Below, piece after piece: positions 24,711 through 36,560 of a stretch of DNA of 64,000 nucleotides; the stretch's first letter is position 1, and each line of letters starts with the position of its first letter. Below the pieces are notes generated by a model. That model searched no databases, was not told where the DNA came from, and saw only the letters and a program-made list of their open reading frames with translations. Position numbers and translations under genes: made by a program. The stretch lies in NCBI GenBank assembly GCA_050575255.1, contig JBNZDD010013718.1:4618261-4682260 (forward strand). Reading direction: 5' to 3'. This DNA comes from Harriotta raleighana (Eukaryota).

Positions 24711-25344
24711 GAATACTCCGTATTTTCTAGCGATGGGAACCGGATTATGAATCACTTGCGTTTTTGTTTTTATAGCGATTAGTGTGTAAAGCTGCACTGG
24801 TTGACAATGCGACCAATACACCGTTTGAAGACCTGGAGGCAAAATATACCTCTGATTGTTAATGTTCGGATGTGGAACATCAGGATTTTTGTGATAGTCC
24901 CTCCATTTTTCTGGACTCAGGTCCTGTTAAAAGACCACGAAAGAGGCAATCGATCAGAATTCCACAGCTGAGAAGGCACATTGTCCATAGTATTTTCACG
25001 TTAAATCTGTCACAGTGTGATGGAGTATATTGTCATTTAGATACCACTGAGCGAAGTACGCAGGTAGCTTCAATACCAACTTAGCTGGGAGGAAATGTGC
25101 AAAAATTAAAACCATATAGAGAAGCAATCCAAATCTGCCCATCTCCACCTTATAATGCACACTTTTTCCATTTATTAGTAGAACTTCAAACCTAATCCAC
25201 TGTCACAAACTTGAAAGCATCATTCTCATTGGTCCACTTTTATTAATTGTACGTGTTTTATCCAAATAGTGATGTTTTCAATGAATACAGTGCAATTTAG
25301 AATGTCCATTAGAATTTTTGAGTAATGTGTAAATTGATTTTTGC

Positions 25345-25485
25345 TGCTTTTCACCCTTATCTTTGCCAAGTATAGCACTTTATTCCCACAAAATATACAA
25401 TCAGTTCACTTTACAGTACAGTATATCATGTGAAATGCTTTGAGATATCACAAAGTCATGATGACAAATGCAAGAATTATTATTT
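25345..25485 (+). mobile_element. Deu-SINE 3' fragment
   Basis: cccacaaaatatacaatcagttcactttacagta..gtgaaatgctttgagat..aaatgcaagaattattatt. Confidence 0.7.
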
Positions 25486-25669
25486 TTTCTTTAATGTTGC
25501 ATAAGCTTAACCTGTGTAAAATAGTATTTAAAATACAATAACATTTTCTCCTTTAAAATGCTTGCTGCAATAATATTATTTCAGAGATCCAGAAGTCACA
25601 ACACCTATTGTTTGTTCCCACATTTCCATATTAGCGTTTTATTTTTGTTCCATTGCCTCCATTTCACAG

Positions 25670-25830
25670 ATTGATTTGCAGTCTTTATGCTGACCTGTAA
25701 GTCACCTGACTTATTTTATTCACCTACATGATAGTCAGTTACTACACTTTACACAGTATAACATATGAAGCACTTTGAGACGTCCTCCCTCTGTGAAACG
25801 CGCTCTATAAATGTAATTTTGTTGTTGTTG
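25670..25830 (+). mobile_element. Deu-SINE/L2-type 3' end with (TTG)n tail
   Basis: tgaagcactttgagacgtcc..gtgaaacgcgctctataaatgtaattttgttgttgttg. Confidence 0.7.
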
Positions 25831-26576
25831 TACCAAAGCAAAGATTATTATTATTATTTATGCAATTCAACAGACTGAAAAGTATATTAATGAATATACC
25901 TGCAATTTTGACTCATGAATCCGCCAGCTCGGAGTCTTGCTCCACCATTCTCAAGCACTCTGGGATGCTACCCTGTGTGAGGGATGCTTTATAAATGCAC
26001 ATTGTTGTTGCTGTGTACTTGGATGATGGTAAAGATATTGATATTAGCATTTCCATACAAGGCATTGTGGAATTTCTGTTGCAACATCAATGTTATAACT
26101 AAGCAAGAAAGTTGCTGCACAGACTTGATGCTCCTTTCACTGACCAAAGGAACTTCACTCTCCACATTTCAAAGTGGCTTTTGCAAATTGATTTTGTAAA
26201 GTAATTGCCACAAATGAGTGATTTAACACGGCTTGGTGAGACGAGCTTGCTATCAAAGAGGTTGATTGTTTTATTTTAATTAATGCACACAGCTTTTTAA
26301 AACCCCTTGCAAATGAATACACTTTGGCCATGTGTTTGAGTTCTCCTTTCATGCCATGTAGCTTTGCTTCAATCCCTTACTTTATAACACTCTGTTTATA
26401 TATTTGTATTGGCGGCTCCACTGCTTAACAGCAAATTCCTAAGGGTTATGGCAAGCCTTACACTGCACCTAAAGAGAGTAATAAATATAATGTATGCAGA
26501 TGCCATTGATTTTTTTAATCAGATAACTCATAGAATGATAGATTGGTGATCCAAATACACAAAGCAGTTAAATTTG

Positions 26577-29251
26577 TACTGTACTGCTTTGTGATTCATT
26601 CATGATGTGAAATTTTAAGACCAAGTGAATCAAATACAGTTCAACTGCAAGGTAAAGCCTAATAGGACTGTTTTAAGTTTGATGTGTGAGCAGCAATAAC
26701 AATTGACCTTGGAGTTAAGAGTCCACTATTTACTTGAAAAATATCTTGGATTAAAATAGCGTTGTTTAAAATAAAATTGTGTTTGCTCTCTTTGCAGTTT
26801 GTATGTGAAATTGATTGTTAATGTATGGTTTTAATGTCCTCTGACATCTGTTTTTAAATGCTTTCATCAATTTTGGACGCGTGCCTTCCCATCACTATAA
26901 AGTGACTGGGAGATCAGCCTCTGGGCCAGCAAAGTCGACAGTTACTGCAACATCTGGTATCAAACATGTAGTTGGATGTGTTCTTAACTACACAGCAATA
27001 ATAATTCAATTTTGAGCCCGAAGCACAACAATGGTGTGAGTTGAAATGACAGTTTGCTTTGTGAGCAGATTCCGTTCAGAAGGGAGATTTTTGTTCTTGG
27101 CTTGCCTACTCATGTCGAGTACGGGTGGAAGAAGATGGTGGTGGAGGTGGGGCGGGGGGGGGGCGTATGGGAATCAAACCTTCTTTTAAAAAAAACCAAA
27201 GGAGCAACGATGCAATGTTAATTTTTTAGGNGCCTACTCATGTCGAGTACGGGTGGAAGAAGATGGTGGTGGAGGTGGGGCGGGGGGGGGGCGTATGGGA
27301 ATCAAACCTTCTTTTAAAAAAAACAAAGGAGCAACGATGCAATGTTAATTTTTTAGACAGTCACAGAGTCCTGCTTAGTATCTCATCCAAACACGGGTTT
27401 GCAAATGCTCATGCTCTTTTTTGTAGATACAGTATTGTTTGCACTGAAGCAGAAAGGGAACCGTAATGATGCAAATTGAGGTATCTTTGTGTTGCATCTA
27501 TGTGCAGCTCAGTTGCTTATTTTCTACCCCTGCTGGTCCAGTAGTAACTATGTCTGTAACTGTTTAAGTAGTTGACTATACATGTAAGAACCAAGATGTG
27601 GTTTCTAATGAGTAACATATATGAGGCTGTGCTACACCTGCACTGTGAGTTATACATGCTCGTGCATCTGCATGTGGGTTTCAGACATGGAAGAGATTTT
27701 GCCACTTACATGTGGCTTCCGGGGGAATGCAACTGAATCATTCCTGGAATTTCCAATAAAATTGGATAATCATGTCAGATACAAATTAATAATGGGTAAC
27801 CTGGATTCCTGGTTTAATTTTGAACGATTGTGGAAGCGATTATGATTTCTACATCTACAGATTTATGGATAAACACTCTATTAAAGTAATAAGATCACCA
27901 AATATACATATATTTCAAAGCTGGTTTGAATTCTGGCATCTTTAATGCATCTGATTTTGCCTGCCTTCTCTTCATCANTACTGTACTGCTTTGTGATTCA
28001 TTCATGATGTGAAATTTTAAGACCAAGTGAATCAAATACAGTTCAACTGCAAGGTAAAGCCTAATAGGACTGTTTTAAGTTTGATGTGTGAGCAGCAATA
28101 ACAATTGACCTTGGAGTTAAGAGTCCACTATTTACTTGAAAAATATCTTGGATTAAAATAGCGTTGTTTAAAATAAAATTGTGTTTGCTCTCTTTGCAGT
28201 TTGTATGTGAAATTGATTGTTAATGTATGGTTTTAATGTCCTCTGACATCTGTTTTTAAATGCTTTCATCAATTTTGGACGCGTGCCTTCCCATCACTAT
28301 AAAGTGACTGGGAGATCAGCCTCTGGGCCAGCAAAGTCGACAGTTACTGCAACATCTGGTATCAAACATGTAGTTGGATGTGTTCTTAACTACACAGCAA
28401 TAATAATTCAATTTTGAGCCCGAAGCACAACAATGGTGTGAGTTGAAATGACAGTTTGCTTTGTGAGCAGATTCCGTTCAGAAGGGAGATTTTTGTTCTT
28501 GGCTTGCCTACTCATGTCGAGTACGGGTGGAAGAAGATGGTGGTGGAGGTGGGGCTGGGGGGGGGCGTATGGGAATCAAACCTTCTTTTAAAAAAAACCA
28601 AAGGAGCAACGATGCAATGTTAATTTTTTAGGCAGTCACAGAGTCCTGCTTAGTATCTCATCCAAACACGGGTTTGCAAATGCTCATGCTCTTTTTGTAG
28701 ATACAGTATTGTTTGCACTGAAGCAGAAAGGGAACCGTAATGATGCAAATTGAGGTATCTTTGTGTTGCATCTATGTGCAGCTCAGTTGCTTATTTTCTA
28801 CCCCTGCTGGTCCAGTAGTAACTATGTCTGTAACTGTTTAAGTAGTTGACTATACATGTAAGAACCAAGATGTGGTTTCTAATGAGTAACATATATGAGG
28901 CTGTGCTACACCTGCACTGTGAGTTATACATGCTCGTGCATCTGCATGTGGGTTTCAGACATGGAAGAGATTTTGCCACTTACATGTGGCTTCCGGGGGA
29001 ATGCAACTGAATCATTCCTGGAATTTCCAATAAAATTGGATAATCATGTCAGATACAAATTAATAATGGGTAACCTGGATTCCTGGTTTAATTTTGAACG
29101 ATTGTGGAAGCGATTATGATTTCTACATCTACAGATTTATGGATAAACACTCTATTAAAGTAATAAGATCACCAAATATACATATATTTCAAAGCTGGTT
29201 TGAATTCTGGCATCTTTAATGCATCTGATTTTGCCTGCCTTCTCTTCATCA
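26577..29251. repeat. About 1.27 kb duplication across N27978 (26577-27977 / 27979-29251), with a nested 127-bp duplication across N27231; assembly artefact
   Basis: Near-identical copies abut single Ns, and the ORF track shows the same ORFs twice. Confidence 0.9.
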
Positions 29252-29444
29252 CTATATCTTTGGTTTCAATAGATATTTAATTTTGGGGGGGGGGGGGGGG
29301 CTAGTAAAACATCATTGATGCATCAACAACATATTGACATGTATACAGTGCTTTCATGTCGGGGGATGGCACTATTAAATGATTTTTTCTGTTAAAATGG
29401 AGCTATTGACATCTTGTCATAAAATGAATGAGAGACATTGAATA

Positions 29445-29830
29445 AAAGCTTGGTAAATCAACATTCCAAAAGCCAACAACTCCCTAAAACCAGCAAGATT
29501 TAAAAATACGACAGTTTTAGATGTTTTTCCGATGACTGACAAATCTCCCGACATTTGGAACAGCTCCTTGTAGCCGCGCGTGGTCGCTCTGTCATCCGTC
29601 GCTGTGGTTGGAGCTCGGGCATGTTTTGGGTTCTGTGCTGTGTTTACACAGCCGTTTCTAANTCATCCGTCGCTGTGGTTGGAGCTCGGGCATGTTTTGG
29701 GTTCTGTGCTGTTTACAAGCGCCGGGGTGCTTCCCCAGCCGTTTCTAGGAAAGTTCCTAAATATCAGCAAACTCCGAAATCTGAGAGGTGCGTGGGCCCT
29801 ACCATGCTGGATTATCCAGATTTTACTGTA
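29445..29830. mobile_element. Tigger/Tc1-mariner-like MITE, left end degraded
   Basis: Right end gctggattatccagattttactg|TA resembles the TIR of 58840-59438. The interior is CpG-rich. The left TIR cannot be read clearly. Confidence 0.5.
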
Positions 29831-31349
29831 TAATCAGCAGCTACAAGGTATATTGTGAGCTCAAGATTTNCCAGATTTTACTGTAGCTCTGTAGGTCTGA
29901 ACTTCCACCTGGATTTGACCTCTAAAACCAATTTTCCCTTAAAATTTAAGAATTGTAGAAAGTTCTCAATGGAGTCTGAATTTAGAAGATGGTTCACTAC
30001 TATTCTCAAACTAGACCTGTTTGCAAATTAAATCTGAATTTGTGAATTTTTCACCTTTATACCCGGCCCTGCATTTTGAGACAAAATCGTCTTGCAAACT
30101 AAGATTAGATGCAAATGTGGTGTGAAGTCTAAGAAGGCAATGTGAACTTCATTGTATTACCATCTTAATCAAGATTTTAAATAAATAAACCTTTATTTCA
30201 TCCCGAAGCAGAATTCCATTGAGCTCTGATTTCTGAGAAACCAAAGGTACCTGAAGGAAGTTCAGAGTTGGAGAGAACAAAACATTCATTGCAAGATATT
30301 TGTATTGCACAATTCACCCTGTATATGTAGAACATGTTTTAGACTGATGTACTGGCTTTTGCTATATTTGTTTTAAAGTGCTGGCTCGTACTGCTCTTAA
30401 TCTTCATTTTTCTAAAGAAACCAAGTATTGCTTTATAGGGAGTCTGGGAGCAATGAGCTTGTGCTGTCAAAAACCTATTTTAAACTTGTCTGACATGTAA
30501 TGTACTCATTGTTTTCTTAGTAAATCTATGTAAAAGACACTTACTTCCTCAAGGTTGCTACTGGTATAACTGGAAATATTTGAATGAATAGTTCAGGGTT
30601 TTCATACTTCCATCTTTGATCAACTGTGTGTGAAAACAATTGTCTTTGGTGCAGTCGCCATGCAAACATTGCACGCTTGCACTTACATGTGGGTTACAAA
30701 TACATTGCACATGGATAACCAGTGATTGGTGAGTTGAATTTTAAAAACAAATCCAAGCTTATTTCAAAGACTATAGTGCATTTTGTTTCACCAAAATTGC
30801 TGCACTGTGATCCTTTGAAAATTCCCTTAGTTTTGCATCGCCTGTCTACACTACACAGTAATTTGGATTCTGGTAGTCATACAGTGAAAGACTGGTAAAC
30901 CACACTTCACATGTTTTTTGTTGAGCAGCTGTTTGAATGTTGCTTGGTTATTGTCTCTGAAACAGGAGCAACTGGAGTCAGTGTGACTGGCAGACTGTTC
31001 ATATTTAGCACACAAAGACTGAATTAAGTGGATTGTGAGAGCATGTCCCAAGAACTTGGTCCATTGTCAGCCATTAGTGATCATTAACTAAGATGGTAAT
31101 AACTAAAACAAGTAATTATAGTCACTAAATTGCTTGTACAACTGAAAATCCACACTAATGGCAGTAATTGACTTTTGTTGTCATGTTGCATCAGAAACAG
31201 ACGTAAACAATTTTGACCTTCAAATCAATCAGGACAGGGGCCTGTAGGCTGGTATTTTAGACTTCTGGTTCTCTTGTGATTGACCCTCAGTGGCCATTTT
31301 TTAAATGATATATTGTTGTTACACAGGACCAGTTTTTCTGATGCTCAAT

Positions 31350-31498
31350 GAACGTGTAAAGACCTTTCTGTTCGACTGCGCCTTCGGTCACCATTTTCCC
31401 CCTCCTCCTGGCTCGGGCCCGGGATCTGTCAGTGTGAAGCACTCTGAAACGCCGTCCGGCATGGAGAGCACTATACAAATCAAAGTTGTTGTTGTTGT
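31350..31498 (+). mobile_element. L2 LINE 3' end
   Basis: aagacctttctgttcgactgcgccttcggtcacc...gtgaagcactctga..gcactatacaaatcaaag(ttg)n. Confidence 0.8.
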
Positions 31499-32052
31499 AA
31501 ATGCCACACTCACATCGAAGATTGGTTTGATATGAGCACATGTCATTTAAAAACTCTGACCTTTGCACTTGACCTCTTCCTTGGCAGTCCAGTTTCTAAC
31601 CCCTTCCCAACAATTCCTGTGAGATCTTTGAGACAGCCACAGGCTGTTTCACAAGAGTGTCCAGAATAAGTTGCCAAATTTTCTTTAAGAACTTGCTATT
31701 TTTTTTTTCATCCAGATGTTCCAAAAAAATCCCTGATTAATTGTTTAATGATCACCTTATTACATTTGGTAAAAAGGACACAGTACGTTTTGAAAAAGAA
31801 TTCAAAAAATGTATTTGCCATTCTGTTTTTAAAATGTACATTTTCCTCAGTGACTCCTCAGTCACATCATGCCTTGGTTCAGAGGAAAGAAAGGCAACCT
31901 GTTCTGCGCTTACCCTCATTGTACATTGACTTTCCTTCCTTTAAGGCAAGCCCTTTGGCTTTTCTTGACACCGGCCCTCAATTAAAATGGTAAAGCTGTG
32001 AAAAGTCTGAGCAAACTCACTATCCTGATCTGCCGCATCAATCAACTACTCA

Positions 32053-32110
32053 GCAACAACAACAACAACTTCAATTTATATAGTGCCCTCCACGCCCCAT
32101 GGCGTCTCAG
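32053..32110 (-). mobile_element. L2 3' tail fragment
   Basis: (caa)n cttcaatttatatagtgccctccacgcc..gcgtctcaga. Confidence 0.65.
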
Positions 32111-32700
32111 ACTAAAGCAGTACTTTAGCTTTAAGAAACTTAACTTCAACTTTCAGAAACTACTCTGGATGGGACGAAAAAAAACATCATGGAGTAATTG
32201 GAAGATATTAATTTCCATTGAGACATTGGTATTCAGTTGACTGAATGCTTGGAACCATTCATGTGCTCTTTCTGATGAGGATATTTGCATACAGAATATC
32301 AGAAGCATCTGGTTAGGATGTCTTCAGTTCCATCCTTGTAATCCTGAGAAACTCTTCAGCCAAGTATGTTCAATGAATTTTGTCAAATTTCAATAAGGTG
32401 GTCATTGCAGGTTTTAGCTTTGCCTTGATTTCTGCACAAATATCGATGGTTTTAATTTCTACCTCTGGGATAATTCTCATAATTTAAGTGGAAAAAGGAA
32501 TGAAGCCTAGTCTTGATTTTCTTGGCATTGCACTGTGTAGATGTTGTTGGCATGCGAAACAGCGAGTGCTGTTTCTGTCGGAAAAATGAAAAGTGGAACA
32601 TGCCTTAAAGGGAAACTACTTTGTAAATCTATATCAATATCCAGCAATCCCAAATGGGTTTTATCAAGTCAGTTTAATTTTTTTTTACATTATACTATAT

Positions 32701-32803
32701 TGCCATTCGCTGTCTGTGTTGGGATCAAGTAGTAATTTTCTTGCATTTTTTTANTGCCATTCGCTGTCTGTGTTGGGATCAAGTAGTAATTTTCTTGCAT
32801 TTT
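32701..32803. repeat. About 50-bp duplication across N32754; assembly artefact
   Basis: tgccattcgctgtctg...gcattttt is repeated on either side of the N. Confidence 0.85.
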
Positions 32804-33269
32804 TGTTTTTTTTAAAAAAGAATGCTGAATGGCATTTTTGTGGAAATTAAACAAATGAATGAAATTTAATTGGAATCTTAGTCTAGCAGAATGTTTTGTT
32901 CCAAGTATTCCCTCTGGAAATAATATATTTTTAAAAAATAATTCTTCATTAGAAGTGAGGAATTTCTTGCTTGAAGACTTTATTCATCACCTCCTCCTCT
33001 TGGCCTAGACTTTGTGGTCATGTATATTATAGGGAAACATTGGAAGATTAGCATGGAGATGAGGGATATACCAGCTTTGTACGGTCTAGTGACTGATCTG
33101 GAGTCACCTAATGTAGGGGGGACTCAGGACCATCTGGATTTAATGGCATAATCACCATTACTGCTGATTCTTGGGGTCCAAGCAGTTGTGGATCAGCAGT
33201 TGGTCATATCCAAAGCTTCTGCCCCTGTTGAATTAAATAGATACATTAATGCCTTCCCTGTCAAATGCA

Positions 33270-33335
33270 CAACCAACAACAAAATAACATTTGGACCGCA
33301 CCTTTCATGTCGGGAGGACATCCCAAAGGCGCATT
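33270..33335 (-). mobile_element. L2 3' tail fragment
   Basis: caacaacaaaataacattt..cacctttcatgtcgggaggacatcccaaaggcgc, the reverse complement of the tail seen at 48340-48416. Confidence 0.7.
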
Positions 33336-33899
33336 GGTCAAAAATATGAGCACCTTCAAATAAATAATACTCCTAGCCATAGGTGGTGTGTGAAAATATT
33401 TCTTGGGTATATGGCTGGACTGAGCGGAACAGAGATGAAATGGGTCAATAGGTCTATTCAAGCAAAACTCTCATTTACCTCAAACAAAAGGCTTCAAAAG
33501 AAAGATGCAAAAGCAAAGGACATTATTTTGACAGAGAATGGAAAAGTAGTAACTTTTTTGTGGATTGGATCAAATAGAATATCTTATAAATGAATGTAAT
33601 GCCTATATTTGGCTGGATGATAGCAAAACTTGGAAGAATGCATCGTATGATGTTGGTCTTCTGCCTGTGAGCATTTGTACTGGATCCAGCCTCGCTTCAG
33701 GGACTGAAGTCAACATTATTTTCTGGCAATTTCACTCAGGCCACAAGAGTGAAGCTTACACTGGCTTTGTTGAGGGTATTCTTCTGAGGGTTGAATGGTG
33801 ATTGATTCCACATCTGTTCCCTAACCTAGGAAAGCTTGATGCTGACACAGAAGGTCCAAGCACAAACTCTCTCATAACCACCGGTTAAAAGGAATTGGA

Positions 33900-34260
33900 C
33901 ACATTTGTTGGTGCTAGGTTTTGCTGCCCATTTTGCTGGAAAACCTAATTTCATATCTCCATAGACCAGCAGATTTTTGGAATATTCCATCACAGTGAAC
34001 TTTTTCAATAGCTTAAACTGCAACCCATTTTAGGTGCAGGCAACACAAGATTTAAAGTTTTTGTATGCATTTTGTTTCTTGATTTCTGAGAATAGTCATA
34101 CTGCTAATGCAGAACTAAACTTGCTTGCATTCAGAATGTTGGCATTGGTTACTAACTCTAGTTCCATCTTCGTAAACTTCTTTGTACATTTCTATGAGAT
34201 CTCGGCCTCTCTTGAAGTCTTTAAAATGACCTGTATTCTGAGATGGTTTTGAGAGACCAT
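33900..34260 (-). mobile_element. Fossil RTE-like LINE C-terminal fragment
   Basis: Frameshifted minus-strand peptides VTNANILNAS and IPK/LLVYGDMKLG resemble RTE (V/I)TNxEVLxRA and IPKQLLYGEL..G, in the right order. Confidence 0.4.
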
Positions 34261-36560
34261 AATTCTGCAATATTGTGGTTCCATTTCCTCCCAACATGAC
34301 CTGCTGCCGTTTCTGTACTCAGATGAGTTGACACAGTTATATTTTACCTGAGAATCTGTGGACCTAAAATGAACTCAAAAAAGCACAACTGGCTGAAACT
34401 GAAAGGACAATGACTGTGATCCCTTATTTCCTCAGCCTGATATTATGATGTTAACTGAGAAGAATAAAGAGAAATGGTTGTTAAATTTTCAATGGGAGAG
34501 GCAATAATTCTGGATAGATTGCAGTGACCCTTGTAGGTATGGCATTTGTTTAGAGAGCAGTAAACCAGCTTTTCACATAATCATAGGGATAATAGTATTT
34601 TGTTTGTAAACAATGCTTCTTTATACATTACACATTTTTCAAAGACAGAATTAAATTATGCACAACAAATTTGTGTGTTATAGAGAATAGATGAGTGAAG
34701 AGTTGCTGTGATTTGAATATAGTACTTAATTATGTTCTTCAATATAATTAAATATACTGTACCTTGAACTTACACAGATAACATTAAAACTTCTCAAAAT
34801 TGTCATTTGGATCCTGATCAGTTTGTATAAAAAAAACTCATAGCATACATATTTTTAAAATTAAAACAAGATGGTTGATATTTTTACCTATAGGTTATGC
34901 TTCAGGCAGCTGCACAACAGATGCAGTTAACTTCTTTCTTACCAGAAAATAATGCAACTATATTGTTAGGATTCCTAAATTACCAACAGTTTCGCCATAT
35001 TAGAATGTTCTCTTTGATCATGATAACATTTTGCAGTGGGTAAGCATCTGAATTAATGTATTTAATTTGCTTTGTAGTAATATGCCTGAGACAGTAAATG
35101 AGATTATCCTATGCCAATTACAGATGATATATCAATCTACCAGTAGTTTGAAATAGGAAGATCAAATTGCATTGAGTGCCAGTGGCAGCAAACACAGGGA
35201 AATAGCCCCCAGATGTCAGAATTTCTGTTTTCATTTTTGCCTTCGTGCAACTGATAAATCTCACTTTAGTGGCGTCTTTAACCTTCCGCCAGCGTTCATA
35301 TCATAGGTGAGCAGATGGATATGTTAGATTACAAATACTGTACCACCAACAGTTTACATTGAAAGAGCACTCTTCACACCCAATAATATCTTTGAAGAGC
35401 TTTACAGAGATGATACAACACATTACAAAATTACATTTTTATAGCTCCTTTCACATCAGGAGGTTGTCCCAATGCCCTGAATGCAGTATACCTACATATT
35501 CAATTTAGCATTTTTAAATATCTTTAATGTTTTCTCTGCATACTGTACAATAGCAGAACATCAGTGAGCTTTTTTTTCTTCTGTTTATTTTAAGAAAGCT
35601 TAATTTGGATGGGGATCTCGCAATAAAAGCATGAATGTTGGCTTCTTATATGCCCTGCACATGATAATGATCAAACATTATTTTTTGTGGAACAAAGGGT
35701 TTGATTTAAAGGTCTGAACTTGGAATGCAACTTCAAAGCATCTGGATGTACTGTATGTGGAAAATCTGATGGTGTCAGTGCAACACTTGAGTTTTACATT
35801 AGAGGGCATGTCTAATGTAAAGTTGTTAATGGACTAAATTTCTTAGCATGCAGAACCTGTTTATATTTATATCATTTTTTGTTGTATTTCACAGTGGCAG
35901 ATAATTCTAACAAAATTTTATTGAGGAAACTCGGTGCAGAAGTTCATATGTTCATATGTTCCAAAAGTAAAAACTAAGAAATAAATCAATCCATCCTCTC
36001 CCTTTCTTCCAAGCTTCCCCAGCATTTAATTTTTTTTCTTTCATTTATGATTTCCTTGCTAAACGCGCCAGTCAATGGTTCCCAGAGCCAATTATTTCAA
36101 TGTTTTATTTAGATATACCAATGAGCAACGTTGTATGATTATCTCAAAGCTTTGATTGAATCTTTCATTTTTTATTGCAGCACCTTAGAGAACCTCCAAT
36201 TTTAATGCTTTTTTTTCTTCCTCGAATTATGTGAGAGAGCATAATTTAAAGTGGCATGGTGCAGGGAGCTTTATGCACTAAGGATGAGAGCAGTCTGTCA
36301 ATTGATGCAGTGATGAAAGCTTGCTGTATATCTCAATTTTAAAGATTTGAGTTGGGGGAAGAACAGAACATATCCAACTCAAATATCCTGGAAGCCAGAT
36401 TTGCATTGGAATGTTAAATAATTGTCTTTAATTTGTCATTTGTCACATGCATTATAAAATTGTCCTTTTTCAGCTTAGTTTCACATTCAACAAAAGTTTA
36501 GGATCCAATATTAAAAACACAGTAACTGCTGTTCATATGATCATTACATCTACCGGGCCA

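Noticed and set aside
27122-27170. G-rich tract as a functional G-quadruplex
   Set aside because: It is low-complexity, the G-run length differs between the duplicated copies, and nothing else supports a function.
27517-29119. Duplicated small genes (identical ORF pairs)
   Set aside because: They arise from the N-flanked assembly duplication and have no coding features.
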